Below are positions 9,921-19,584 of a DNA stretch of 64,000 nucleotides, one piece after another. The first letter of the stretch is position 1. Every line of letters begins with the position of its first letter. Under the pieces are notes generated by a model that saw nothing but the letters and a program-made list of their open reading frames with translations, was not told where the DNA came from and did not search any database. Both the position numbers and the translations under genes were made by a program. Where the stretch lies: the NCBI GenBank assembly GCA_017545905.1, contig JAFWXL010000044.1, positions 758-64,757 on the forward strand, given 5' to 3'. Origin of the DNA: Clostridia bacterium (GTDB lineage Bacteria > Bacillota > Clostridia > Christensenellales > Aristaeellaceae).

Positions 9921-9951
9921 CGAAGCCGGTCTTTTCCGGCTTCGTTCTTTT
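9921..9951 (+). terminator. Rho-independent terminator after the SH3b gene
   Basis: CGAAGCCGG-tctttt-CCGGCTTCG followed by TTCTTTT. Confidence 0.6.
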
Positions 9952-10008
9952 GTATACAGACTGCGCGCCCGGGATATCCTATGCAAAACAAATTGCGGAG
10001 GAAATCAG

Positions 10009-11283
10009 ATGCTGAAAACAGAGATCACAAGCGTACTCGGGCGCGAGGTGCTCGATTCCCGCGGAAATCCGACCGTTGAGGCGGAGGTTCAGCTTTGCTG
10101 CGGCGTGACCTGCACCGCCATTGCGCCAAGCGGCGCATCGACAGGAAAGCACGAGGCGCTGGAACTGCGCGACGGCGACATGCAGCTCTACAGCGGAAAA
10201 GGCGTTCGCCGCGCCTGCAAAAACATCACCTCAAACATCAATAAGACGCTGCGCGGCATGGACGCGTCTGATCTGGCTGCTATCGACAATGCACTTATCG
10301 CACTGGACGGAACGGACAATAAATCCTCACTTGGCGCAAACGCCACGCTGGCCGTCTCAATAGCCTGCGCCAAAGCGGCGGCCAGCGCTCAGGGGATCGC
10401 ACTGTATCGGTTTCTGGGCGGCATGCAGGCTGTAACGCTGCCCATGCCGATGATGAACATCATCAACGGCGGCGCACATGCGTCCAACGGGCTGGATATT
10501 CAGGAATTCATGATCGTCCCTTCCGGCGCCGAGACATTCCGCGGCGCGCTGCGCATGTGTGCCGAAGTCTATCACGCACTCTCCGCCTTGCTCAAAAAGC
10601 GGAATCTGTCCACAGCCGTCGGCGACGAGGGCGGTTTTGCGCCGGAGATCAGCGGAGAAACCGAAGCCATTGAGCTGATCCTGGAAGCGATTGCCCGGGC
10701 AGGTTACGCACCGGTCAGCGACTTTACGCTGGCCCTTGATGCAGCTGCAAGCGAATGGAAGAGCAGACAGGGATATACCCTGCCCAAGAGCGGACGCAGC
10801 TATACCAGCCATGAGTTGACTGAACACTGGCGCATGCTGATCGGGAAATATCCGATCCGATCCATTGAGGATGCGCTGGGCGAGGAAGACTGGCCTGCAT
10901 GGCAGGCGATGACGAGAACGCTCGGCGCGCAATGCCAGCTCGTCGGGGACGATCTCTTTGTGACAAACGCAGACCGGCTGAACAAAGGCATCGCCATGGG
11001 CTGCGGCAATGCCATTCTGCTCAAACCCAATCAGATCGGCACGCTGAGCGAAACCATGCGCGCCGCGCAGCTTGCCCGGGAAAACGGATTCAAAACCATT
11101 GTATCCCATCGCAGCGGCGAGAGCGAGGATACGACCATCGCCGACCTCGCCGTGGCGATCAACAGCGGACAGATCAAGACAGGCGCGCCCTGCCGCAGCG
11201 AGCGTACCGCCAAATACAACCGGCTGCTCCGCATCGAGGAGGCGCTGGGCAGCGCAGCCGTATTCGGGGCGATGCGCAGATGA
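10009..11283 (+). CDS. eno: Enolase (phosphopyruvate hydratase)
   Basis: Contains LDSRGNPTVE, SGASTG, DEGGFAP, VGDDL, KPNQIGT, SHRSGESEDTTIADLAVA and IKTGA. All catalytic and Mg-binding positions are present. Confidence 0.95.
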   Translation: MLKTEITSVLGREVLDSRGNPTVEAEVQLCCGVTCTAIAPSGASTGKHEALELRDGDMQLYSGKGVRRACKNITSNINKTLRGMDASDLAAIDNALIALDGTDNKSSLGANATLAVSIACAKAAASAQGIALYRFLGGMQAVTLPMPMMNIINGGAHASNGLDIQEFMIVPSGAETFRGALRMCAEVYHALSALLKKRNLSTAVGDEGGFAPEISGETEAIELILEAIARAGYAPVSDFTLALDAAASEWKSRQGYTLPKSGRSYTSHELTEHWRMLIGKYPIRSIEDALGEEDWPAWQAMTRTLGAQCQLVGDDLFVTNADRLNKGIAMGCGNAILLKPNQIGTLSETMRAAQLARENGFKTIVSHRSGESEDTTIADLAVAINSGQIKTGAPCRSERTAKYNRLLRIEEALGSAAVFGAMRR

Positions 11284-12044
11284 TCTACCTGCTTCTTGGC
11301 GGCGTATGCGCCTGTCTGGGCACGGCCAATACGTCGGGGGCAACGACGCTGCTTCGGCCGCTGCTGGATGCCGTCGCGCCGCTGGAACCATCAGGCATTG
11401 CCCTGCTCAGCACGGCGGGCGCGCTCTGCGCTGCGCTGGTGAGCGCATTCTTTGCGCTGAGCCGGCCGCTGCCGCTGCATCAGGATGAACTGCTGTTTCT
11501 GGCAATCGGCGCGCTGGCTGGCGGCGCACTGGGCGACCTGGTGAGCGCCCGTTTTCTCATCATGCTCACGCCCGGTTCGGCAAAGCTGCTGCAGAATGCA
11601 CTGCTGTTCACGGTGCTGGCGCTGCCTGTCGTATATTTCAGCGGCCTTTCACGCACCGTCAGTCCGCTCTCCATCACCCGAATGGCCTCTTTGCCCGCAG
11701 CAGTCCTGCTGGGAATCGCCGCTTCGTTTCTTTCCTTTGGCGCAGTGCCGCTGACGCTGATGATCTACGACTATCTCTTCGGTGCAGCCAGAGATGAATC
11801 CGCCGCAGCCGCGCTGACCATATCCCTATGCGCAATGGCAGGCAAGCTGATCGTGATGCTCATTCGCCTGCGGCTGAACCTTCCAAACGCTGATACGCTG
11901 ATATGGCTGCTCCCCGGCGTGCTGCTGGGTTCGCTGGCAGCCATGATTCCAGGGATGCAAAGGGAGCTTCAGCGCACCGGGCCTGCTGCGCTCAGGCTTG
12001 CGCTCTACACGGCGCTCATCAATATGGCCGCCGCACTCGCCTGA
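11280..12044 (+). CDS. TauE/SafE-like (DUF81) integral membrane protein
   Basis: The ATG overlaps the eno stop (ATGA). It is a 254-aa polytopic hydrophobic protein. The track ORF starting at 10899 is an over-extension inside eno. Confidence 0.6.
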   Translation: MIYLLLGGVCACLGTANTSGATTLLRPLLDAVAPLEPSGIALLSTAGALCAALVSAFFALSRPLPLHQDELLFLAIGALAGGALGDLVSARFLIMLTPGSAKLLQNALLFTVLALPVVYFSGLSRTVSPLSITRMASLPAAVLLGIAASFLSFGAVPLTLMIYDYLFGAARDESAAAALTISLCAMAGKLIVMLIRLRLNLPNADTLIWLLPGVLLGSLAAMIPGMQRELQRTGPAALRLALYTALINMAAALA

Positions 12045-12051
12045 ACACCGC

Positions 12052-12086
12052 AAAAAAAACGGCTCCCGAATGGAAGCCGTTTCTCT
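12052..12086. terminator. Bidirectional terminator between convergent genes
   Basis: A7-ACGGCTCC-cgaat-GGAAGCCGT-TTCTCT. Confidence 0.55.
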
Positions 12087-13060
12087 TATTCCCTTGAAAG
12101 CATGAATGCCGTCAGCGCCTTTTGCAGGTGCTCCAGCGTCAGGATACTGTTGACCTGCGTGCGCAGCTTTGCCGCATCGCGCATGCCCTTGACATAGCAG
12201 ACCACATGGCGGCGCATCTCGCGCACTGCAACCGCCTCGCCCTTCATATCAGCAAGCATGGCTGCATGGCGAAGAAGTACATCCAGCTTCTCACTGGCCG
12301 GTATCTCGCGGATTTCCTTTCCCGCCATGCCGTCGCGGATCTGCTCAAAGATCCACGGGTTTCCCTGTGCAGCGCGTCCGACCGCCACGCCGTCGCAGCC
12401 GGTTTCCTCCAGCATGCGCAAGGCGTCCTGCCAGGAGGCGACGTCGCCGTTACCCACCACGGGGATGGATACGCGCTCCTTGAGCCTCTTAATCGCACGC
12501 CAATCGGCATGCCCTTCGTAATACTGGCTGCGCGTGCGCGCATGCAGCGTGATCATTGACGCGCCGGCACGTTCAAGTGCGGGGCCAAGCGTCAGATAGG
12601 TATCGCTGCCCACCTCGAAGCCCAGCCGCATTTTGACCGTGACCGGCACATGCGACGCAGACGAAACCTCGCGGACAACATCTGCCGCCAGCTGCGCATT
12701 CTTCATCAACGCGCTGCCCTCTCCATTGCCCACAATCTTGGGCACCGGACAGCCCATGTTGATATCCAGCATGGCATAGCGTCCGTCGCGCGTGAGCTCC
12801 TCTGCCGCCTTGGCCATGATATCCGGCTCATGGCCAAAGAGCTGCAGGATCACCGCGCCCTCCTCTTGCGGCGCAACAGCGAGCAGCTCGCGCGATGCTC
12901 TGTTGTCCTTAGGCGCAAGGACATAACCCTTGGCGCTCACCATCTCGCTGACTGCCATCGGGCAGCCCATCTCATGGCAGAGCACACGAAACGGCATATC
13001 TGTCACGCCGGCCATGGGCGCAAGCATGGCGCCCTTCTTCAGAAAACCAAAATTCGTCAT
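12086..13060 (-). CDS. dusB: tRNA-dihydrouridine synthase (DusB-like)
   Basis: LAPMAGVTDMPFR, INMGCPVPK and TLHARTR motifs. Its start overlaps the upstream stop (ATGA). Confidence 0.9.
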   Translation of the reverse strand: MTNFGFLKKGAMLAPMAGVTDMPFRVLCHEMGCPMAVSEMVSAKGYVLAPKDNRASRELLAVAPQEEGAVILQLFGHEPDIMAKAAEELTRDGRYAMLDINMGCPVPKIVGNGEGSALMKNAQLAADVVREVSSASHVPVTVKMRLGFEVGSDTYLTLGPALERAGASMITLHARTRSQYYEGHADWRAIKRLKERVSIPVVGNGDVASWQDALRMLEETGCDGVAVGRAAQGNPWIFEQIRDGMAGKEIREIPASEKLDVLLRHAAMLADMKGEAVAVREMRRHVVCYVKGMRDAAKLRTQVNSILTLEHLQKALTAFMLSRE

Positions 13061-13596
13061 TCTTCAATCTGTTCAATCAACTGCAGGTTTGAAATCATCC
13101 ATCGGCCTGCCGTTCGCGTGAGCGTCACGCGATAACGGGACGTCGTCCAGTCCGGCGGGGACAGGCGCGCCTCGCCGCCCACAGCCAGCGCAGCCTCACG
13201 CCGCGAGGAACGGATCGTGCCGTCGATCGCGGGAATGCTCTCGATCACTTCCGCGCGGGCCACGTTCTCCCATGGCCATGACCATACGGACACCATGCGC
13301 ACACGATGATCATATCCGCGGATTTCATAATCCATATACGGCGAAGTTTCGCTCAATCCCACCTGCAGCACAGGATCCTGGCTGATGAATTCCTGACGGA
13401 AATACTTGGCAAGCTCTCCGGCCTCCTCGCCCATAAGCACGACGCCGGCGCGCGCACTCAGGCCATCGTCGATGAGCACCCAGATATTGGCCGTATTCAT
13501 CGCCAGATAAAACGAGATAATCAGCAGCGCGCTGATGATTGTGAGAAAAAACATGCGCGAGGCAATGAATGTCAGAAAACGCTTCAGGATTCTCAC
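13057..13596 (-). CDS. Hypothetical membrane-anchored protein
   Basis: One N-terminal TM helix (FFLTIISALLIISFYL) followed by a soluble domain. I prefer the GTG at 13596 (8 nt after GGAGG) over the GTG at 13605 used in the track. Confidence 0.55.
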   Translation of the reverse strand: MRILKRFLTFIASRMFFLTIISALLIISFYLAMNTANIWVLIDDGLSARAGVVLMGEEAGELAKYFRQEFISQDPVLQVGLSETSPYMDYEIRGYDHRVRMVSVWSWPWENVARAEVIESIPAIDGTIRSSRREAALAVGGEARLSPPDWTTSRYRVTLTRTAGRWMISNLQLIEQIEE

Positions 13597-13730
13597 GAAA
13601 CACACCTCCCCGGCAGCGGCTGATCCGCCCCCATTTCCGGACTGACTTGAGTCCTGCGGTTACGGCTGCGGCAGGCTTCCTGCCCGGGCATTCCTGATGA
13701 CAGAATGCTCACAGGCCAGCCGTCAGCCGC

Positions 13731-14735
13731 TTAGAAAATCGCATCAACAAACGCGCCTGCGTCAAACGCCTGCAGATCCTCAATGCCTTCGCCCACGCCG
13801 ATATAGAGCACGGGCAGCTTGAGCTCATCCATGATCGCCACCGCAATGCCGCCCTTGGCAGTACCATCAAGCTTGGTGAGCACAATACCGGAGACGTCCG
13901 CAACAGAGGCAAACTCGCGCGCCTGCTGCAGACCGTTCTGACCGGTCGTCGCATCAATCACCAGCAGCGTGCGCACCTCGGCGCCCTCATACTCGCGCTG
14001 GATGATGCGGGAAATCTTGCGAAGCTCCTCCATGAGGTTCTTCTTGTTATGCAGGCGGCCTGCGGTATCGACAATCAGAAGGTCGGCTTCCGTCGCCTTC
14101 GCCTTCTGAATACCATCGAACACAACAGCGGCAGGATCGGCGCCCTCCGCATGGCGGACAATCGGCACCTGTGCGCGCTCAGACCAGATCTCCAGCTGAT
14201 CAGCAGCAGCGGCACGGAACGTATCCGCAGCGGCAAGCACCACGCTGTGACGGGCATCCTTAAATCGCATGGCCAGCTTGCCGATGGTCGTGGTCTTGCC
14301 CACGCCGTTCACACCGACGACCATCATGATCATCGGCCATCTGAGCGGCTTTCTGGGCATATCCATGATTTCCTTGAGGATCTGCTTGAGGATCTCGCGC
14401 GCCTTGCGGGCATCGGTGATTCGCTGCGCCTCAATGCGGGATTTGAGCTCTTCGATCACCTTATCGCTAGTGCGAACGCCCATGTCGCTCATGATCAGGA
14501 TATCCACAAGATCCTCGTAGAAATCCTCATCTATTTTCTCCGTCGCCTCAATCAGCTCATCCACGCGGCCGGCGACATTGGTGCGCGTCTTGGAAAGGCC
14601 ATTCCACAGGCGGGAAAACAGGCCCTTCTTCTCTTCATCGGCAGGCGCATTCTCCTGCGCATTTGCCTCAGCGGGAGCGCTCTGGCGGACCTCCGCCTTT
14701 TCTTCCTTTTTCTTGCCGAAACCAAAGAAAGCCAT
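13731..14735 (-). CDS. ftsY: Signal recognition particle receptor FtsY
   Basis: Acidic/basic N-terminus followed by an SRP GTPase domain (GVNGVGKTTTIGK, DTAGR, TKLDGTAKGG). Confidence 0.95.
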   Translation of the reverse strand: MAFFGFGKKKEEKAEVRQSAPAEANAQENAPADEEKKGLFSRLWNGLSKTRTNVAGRVDELIEATEKIDEDFYEDLVDILIMSDMGVRTSDKVIEELKSRIEAQRITDARKAREILKQILKEIMDMPRKPLRWPMIMMVVGVNGVGKTTTIGKLAMRFKDARHSVVLAAADTFRAAAADQLEIWSERAQVPIVRHAEGADPAAVVFDGIQKAKATEADLLIVDTAGRLHNKKNLMEELRKISRIIQREYEGAEVRTLLVIDATTGQNGLQQAREFASVADVSGIVLTKLDGTAKGGIAVAIMDELKLPVLYIGVGEGIEDLQAFDAGAFVDAIF

Positions 14736-14765
14736 GACAGGTCTCCTTTCAATCAGTTGGTTGTA

Positions 14766-17700
14766 TTATTCCATCGCATCGTCGCTCACGTCCTTAAGTT
14801 CAACGCTGAGCATGGTCGATACGCCCTTTTCCTCCATCGCCACGCCGTACAGGCCGTCGCAGCGCTCCATCGTGCCCTTTCTGTGGGTAACGACGACAAA
14901 CTGCGTATCGCGCGAGAAGCCGCGCAGATAATCGGCAAACGTGGAGATATTGCCGTCGTCAAGCGCCGCCTCGATCTCATCGAGGAAGCAGAAGGGCGTT
15001 GGCTTGAGTCTGAGCATCGCAAAGAGTATGGCGATTGCCGTCAGCGCGCGCTCGCCGCCGGAAAGCAGTGAAAGCAGCTGCAGCTTCTTGCCCGGGGGCT
15101 GCGCTACGATCTCGATGCCGCAGCCAAGCACGTCGCTCTCGTCGAGCAGACGCAGCTCCGCATGGCCGCCGCCGAAGAGCTTTGAAAACGTCTCGGCGAA
15201 GTACTGCTGCATCAGCCTGAAATTCTCCATGAACTGACGCTCCATCTGGCGCTGCAGGGTTTCAATGATACCCTGCAGATCGTTCTGGGCCTTGAGCAGA
15301 TCATCCCGCTGGCGGGCAAGGTCTTCATAGCGCTCGCGGCAGGCACGGTAATCCTCCACGGCAGTCACATTGACCGGACCCATGGCGCGGATCTCGCGCC
15401 GGATTTCTGCGCTGCGCTTATCGCCCGCAGACAGATCAAACGGCTCATGCAGGTATTCCTTCGCGCCGGCATAAGTGAGCTCATACTCATCCCAGATGCG
15501 CTGCTGCATCTGCGAGAGCTCTGCCTGCGTGCGGGAGAGCACCATCTCCGCCTTATGATACTTATCCTGATCCTGTGCAAGCGTTTCGCGCAGGGAATCG
15601 ATCTCCTGCGTCAGGCTGCGCACGCGCTCAAGCACTTCGCTGCGCTGTGCCTGCTTGCCGGCAAGATCCTTCTGCGCGCTTTCCAGCTGGCTGGCGCACT
15701 GCGCGGAGAGCTCCACATCCGAAGCCATCTGCTGTGTCGCCTGCTGATGCTCGAGGATCAGCTTTTCACGGCTTTCATGCGCCTGATAGAGCTGAGCCGC
15801 AATATCCTCCTGCTCGCGGTGCATGCGCGCGCCGTCGGCAATCAGGGCTGTGAGATCACGCTCTCTGGCTGCGAGCGTAACGCGCAGATTCTGCGCCTGC
15901 TCGCGCAGTACGTCAAGCGCTTCGCGCTTTTCATAGAGAATATCAGACAGTTCGCCCGTACGGCGGTTCATCTCGTCGCTGGTGCGTTCCTCGCCCTCCT
16001 GTGTGCTGCGCGCGCCTGCCAGCTGACCGTCAATCTGCGCGAGATTCTGCGCAATCTGCGCGCACAGCAGATCGCAGCGCTGCTCCTGCTGCGCATGATT
16101 CTCTCGCTGCTGCGTCAGCGTGCGCAGGCGTTCGCTGGCAATCGACACGTCGATCTGCGCCTGATGCAGCTCTTCGAATGCCTTTGCCCGGCGCTGCTTG
16201 ATCTCCTGCCTGTATGCTTCGCCCTTTTCAAGGCGCGTCTCGTAATCCCTGATCTGCTGCTCGAGCTTTTCAAGCAGCGCTTCATGCTCCTTGATTTCGC
16301 GCTCTCGCGAGAGCAGGCTCGTCATGCGCGATGCAGAGCTGCCGCCCGTCATCGAGCCGCCGGAGTGCATGACGTCGCCCTCCAGCGTCACCAGCCGGAA
16401 CGCATGGCGGCCCCGGCGCATGATCTCAATGCCTGCATCCAGATTCTCAGCCACCACTGTGCGGCCGAGGAGGTTTTCCACAATACCACGGTATTCCGGT
16501 GCAAAACCCACCAGCTCGCTGGCCACGCCGACACAGCCCGGCATCGACAGAAGCTGGCGCTCCTGTTGATTCAGCGTTCTGCCGGTGATCGTCGTCATCG
16601 GCAGGAATGTTGCGCGGCCCAGCTTGTTGCTGCGCAGATACGCAATCATGTCGCGGGCAACGTATTCATCACTGGTGACGACATTCTGCAGCGCGCCGCC
16701 AAGCACAGCTTCCACTGCACGCTCAAGCTCACGGGGCACCTGCATCAGCGACGCCACAACGCCGCGCACGCCGCTGTTCCCGCGCGCATGCAGAAGCACC
16801 TGCTTGACCGCCTGCTGATAACCGGCATAATCGCGCTCCATCTCGCGCAGCACGCGAAGGCGGCTGGCCGCTGCCTGCTTCTGGCCGCTTGCCTCGGTGA
16901 TCGCCTGTTGGATGCGTGCGATCTTCTGCGCTGCCTCCTGATTCTCCTGATCAATGCGCTGCTCCGCTGATTGCAGTTCGCTTTCAGCTCTGGTAAACGC
17001 ATCAAGCTCTTCGCGCGCCTCTTCAAGCTGCTCATCCAGCCTTTGGGCAATCATGACAAGCTCTTCACGCTGCGCTCTGGCTTCCTCACCCCGGCGCTCA
17101 AGTTCCCTGCGCATGGTCGACAGGCGCGCCTCGCTGGTACGCACGTCGCTCAGGCGGTTCATAGCGTCGATGATCGCGCTCTTATGCGCTTCGAGCTGTT
17201 CCTCTGCCTCGCGCGCGGCTTCCTGCGCACGCTCCAGCGCCGCTTCCCTTTCCCGGACGTCGCGCCTGAGATCTGTGATCTGCGCGCGCGCATCCAGCGT
17301 ATCGGTTTCATTCTGACGGATCTGCGCGTCAAGCGCTTCGCTGCGCGTACGCCGGACATCCTCCTCCTGACTGAGGTTGAGCACGTCCTTTTCCATGCGC
17401 GCAATCTCGGCGCGCAGCATGGCAATTTCGCCCTCGCGCGCTTCCTTTTCGCGCGTAAGCTCCAGCACAGTCTCGTGCGCAGCAGATACCTGCGCCTCCA
17501 GCTCCACAGACGTCTCGTTCGCGCTGTCGCGCAGGGCAGTCATCTCCGCCGTACGGCGTTCCTCCTGCTCAATCGCATCACGGAGACCGGCAAGCATGTT
17601 TTCAGCGTCCTCGATACGCTCCTTCGCACGATCGCTGCGCAGCACAAAGGACGAGCACTCCAGCACGCGCAGTTCATCGCGCAGGGCCAGATAATGCCTG

Positions 17701-18335
17701 GCGGTTTCGCTCGCTTTGGCCAGCGGCTCCAGCTGGCTTTCCAGTTCAGAGATGATATCCTCCACGCGGGAGAGATTGTCGCGCATATTGGACAGGCGCT
17801 TTTCGCTTTCTTCCTTGCGTGTACGGTATTTGACGATGCCTGCGGCCTCTTCGAAGATGCCGCGGCGGTCCTCGCTCTTCTGGGAAAGAATCTCGCCGAT
17901 TCTGCCCTGACCGATGATCGAGTAGCCTTCCTTGCCCACGCCCGTGTCGCGGAAGAGCTCGATGATATCGCGCAGGCGGCAAGCCGCCTTGTTGATGTAG
18001 TATTCGCCTTCACCGCTGCGATAAACGCGGCGCGTGATCATCACTTCCGTAAAATCCACCGGAAGCGCGTGGTCCTCGTTGTCAAATACGAGCGATACCT
18101 CGCAATAGCCCAGACGCTTTCGCTTCTGAGTACCATTGAAGATGACGTCTTCCATCTTTCCGCCGCGAAGCGCTTTTGCACTCTGTTCGCCAAGCACCCA
18201 GCGCACCGCATCGGACAGATTGGATTTGCCGCTTCCGTTGGGTCCCACGATGCCCGTGATGCCCTGATCGAACACGACCACCGTTCTGTCCGCGAACGAT
18301 TTGAAGCCGTATATTTCCAGTCGTTTCAGCCGCAC
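14766..18335 (-). CDS. smc: Chromosome segregation protein SMC
   Basis: 1189 aa with Walker A GPNGSGKSN, long coiled coils, a hinge, signature LSGGERALTAIA and Walker B FCFLDE. GTG start. Confidence 0.97.
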   Translation of the reverse strand: MRLKRLEIYGFKSFADRTVVVFDQGITGIVGPNGSGKSNLSDAVRWVLGEQSAKALRGGKMEDVIFNGTQKRKRLGYCEVSLVFDNEDHALPVDFTEVMITRRVYRSGEGEYYINKAACRLRDIIELFRDTGVGKEGYSIIGQGRIGEILSQKSEDRRGIFEEAAGIVKYRTRKEESEKRLSNMRDNLSRVEDIISELESQLEPLAKASETARHYLALRDELRVLECSSFVLRSDRAKERIEDAENMLAGLRDAIEQEERRTAEMTALRDSANETSVELEAQVSAAHETVLELTREKEAREGEIAMLRAEIARMEKDVLNLSQEEDVRRTRSEALDAQIRQNETDTLDARAQITDLRRDVREREAALERAQEAAREAEEQLEAHKSAIIDAMNRLSDVRTSEARLSTMRRELERRGEEARAQREELVMIAQRLDEQLEEAREELDAFTRAESELQSAEQRIDQENQEAAQKIARIQQAITEASGQKQAAASRLRVLREMERDYAGYQQAVKQVLLHARGNSGVRGVVASLMQVPRELERAVEAVLGGALQNVVTSDEYVARDMIAYLRSNKLGRATFLPMTTITGRTLNQQERQLLSMPGCVGVASELVGFAPEYRGIVENLLGRTVVAENLDAGIEIMRRGRHAFRLVTLEGDVMHSGGSMTGGSSASRMTSLLSREREIKEHEALLEKLEQQIRDYETRLEKGEAYRQEIKQRRAKAFEELHQAQIDVSIASERLRTLTQQRENHAQQEQRCDLLCAQIAQNLAQIDGQLAGARSTQEGEERTSDEMNRRTGELSDILYEKREALDVLREQAQNLRVTLAARERDLTALIADGARMHREQEDIAAQLYQAHESREKLILEHQQATQQMASDVELSAQCASQLESAQKDLAGKQAQRSEVLERVRSLTQEIDSLRETLAQDQDKYHKAEMVLSRTQAELSQMQQRIWDEYELTYAGAKEYLHEPFDLSAGDKRSAEIRREIRAMGPVNVTAVEDYRACRERYEDLARQRDDLLKAQNDLQGIIETLQRQMERQFMENFRLMQQYFAETFSKLFGGGHAELRLLDESDVLGCGIEIVAQPPGKKLQLLSLLSGGERALTAIAILFAMLRLKPTPFCFLDEIEAALDDGNISTFADYLRGFSRDTQFVVVTHRKGTMERCDGLYGVAMEEKGVSTMLSVELKDVSDDAME

Positions 18336-18384
18336 AGCTGCGACTCCTTTCTGTCAGTCAGCCTGACTCAGGCTGTTGGCTCGC

Positions 18385-19062
18385 TTAATTCGTCTGTCCC
18401 AGCACCTTGAGCGCCACCTGAGCGGCAGCCTCCTCGGCACGCTGCTTTCTGGCGCCCTGGCCTCGGCCAAGCTCCGTGCCATCAGCGCGCATCACCCTGG
18501 CTGTGAATACGCGCGCATGCGGCGGCCCATCCTGCGCGACAATCTCGTAGCTGGGCGTTTCCTCGCCCTGCGCCTGCAGATACTCCTGCAGCGCGCTCTT
18601 GGCATCGCGGTCGCTGCGCGCGGAAGACTCATAATCGCCCATCGCCAGATCAATCAGCTTCGCAGCCTTTTCCATCCCCGCATCCAGATAGACGGCGGCA
18701 ATCACCGCTTCCATCGTATCAGCGAGAATCGAAGGATTCTCCCTGCCGCCGACAACCTCTTCGCCACGGTCGAGCTTGAGATACCCGCCAAGACCAAATT
18801 GGCGGGCAGCCTGCGCGAGGTTTGCCTCGCACACAAGCGCCGCGCGCCTGCGTGTCAGCTGTCCCTCTTTGAGCTTGGGGAACTTGTGATAGAGCACGCG
18901 GCTGACACAGATCTCCAGCACAGCGTCGCCCAGAAACTCCAGACGCTGATTGTCCCTGCACTTATGCTGAAGCGCATATGAGGGATGCGTCATGGCCAGA
19001 TCAAGCAGGGCAGGATCGGCAAAGCAATGGCCGATTGCCTGCTCAAGCGCACGATACTTCAT
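18385..19062 (-). CDS. rnc: Ribonuclease III
   Basis: RNase III signature ERLEFLGDAVLE plus a C-terminal dsRBD. Start set at MKYRALEQ; the track ORF extends spuriously to 19173. Confidence 0.9.
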   Translation of the reverse strand: MKYRALEQAIGHCFADPALLDLAMTHPSYALQHKCRDNQRLEFLGDAVLEICVSRVLYHKFPKLKEGQLTRRRAALVCEANLAQAARQFGLGGYLKLDRGEEVVGGRENPSILADTMEAVIAAVYLDAGMEKAAKLIDLAMGDYESSARSDRDAKSALQEYLQAQGEETPSYEIVAQDGPPHARVFTARVMRADGTELGRGQGARKQRAEEAAAQVALKVLGQTN

Positions 19063-19121
19063 GTCGTTTGATTTCCTTTCGTCGCTCCCCGTCCATTTCG
19101 CTTTCCACAAAACAAACCGGC

Positions 19122-19171
19122 GCAAATCCTGAGGCCCGCAGCCGGGACCGATACCCGGCAGAAGGATTTGC
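19122..19171 (-). promoter_or_regulatory. Extended stem-loop in the rnc 5' leader
   Basis: 9-bp base GCAAATCCT/AGGATTTGC enclosing GCCGGG-7 nt-CCCGGC. It lies about 60 nt upstream of the rnc start. Confidence 0.3.
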
Positions 19172-19210
19172 ACGGCAATCGTATTCGCGCAAAGCGAAAT
19201 ACACGGGAAA

Positions 19211-19241
19211 GCCGCTGCCGGTGCTTATACCGGCAGCGGGC
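19211..19241 (-). terminator. Hairpin terminator/attenuator after acpP
   Basis: 12-bp stem GCCGCTGCCGGT/ACCGGCAGCGG(G)C. On the minus strand it is followed by TTTCCCGT. Confidence 0.5.
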
Positions 19242-19303
19242 TGTATGATGCATGATTCTCGCCCGTCCTTTTACAGGCTCAGGCGCGGCGTGCATCGTCA
19301 GAA

Positions 19304-19528
19304 TTACATCTTCTCTTCGATATACTTAGCCATATCGGCGACCGTCTTGACCTTTTCGATCGCGTCGTCCTCGACCTCAATACCGAACTCATTCTCCACG
19401 TCCATGACCAGCATCATGATCGACGCGCTGTCGGCCTGCAGGTCTTCCTTCATACGGCTCTCCGGCTTCACATCAGCGGGATTCACGCCCAGCTGCTCGG
19501 AAACCATGGCAATCAGCTTCTCCATCAT
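19304..19528 (-). CDS. acpP: Acyl carrier protein
   Basis: 74 aa with the phosphopantetheine site LQADSASIMMLV (DS motif). Confidence 0.95.
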   Translation of the reverse strand: MMEKLIAMVSEQLGVNPADVKPESRMKEDLQADSASIMMLVMDVENEFGIEVEDDAIEKVKTVADMAKYIEEKM

Positions 19529-19584
19529 TGTCGTTTTCCTCCTTGCTTGTGTCAGTATCTAAGAATCAATCCTGAGATTGGTGC

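Noticed and set aside
15447-18410. Two consecutive plus-strand ORFs (507 aa and 479 aa) covering the smc locus.
   Set aside because: They are antisense to a full-length SMC with Walker A/B, signature motif and hinge. The sequences are repetitive L/R/A/Q-rich, mirroring the coiled-coil codons.
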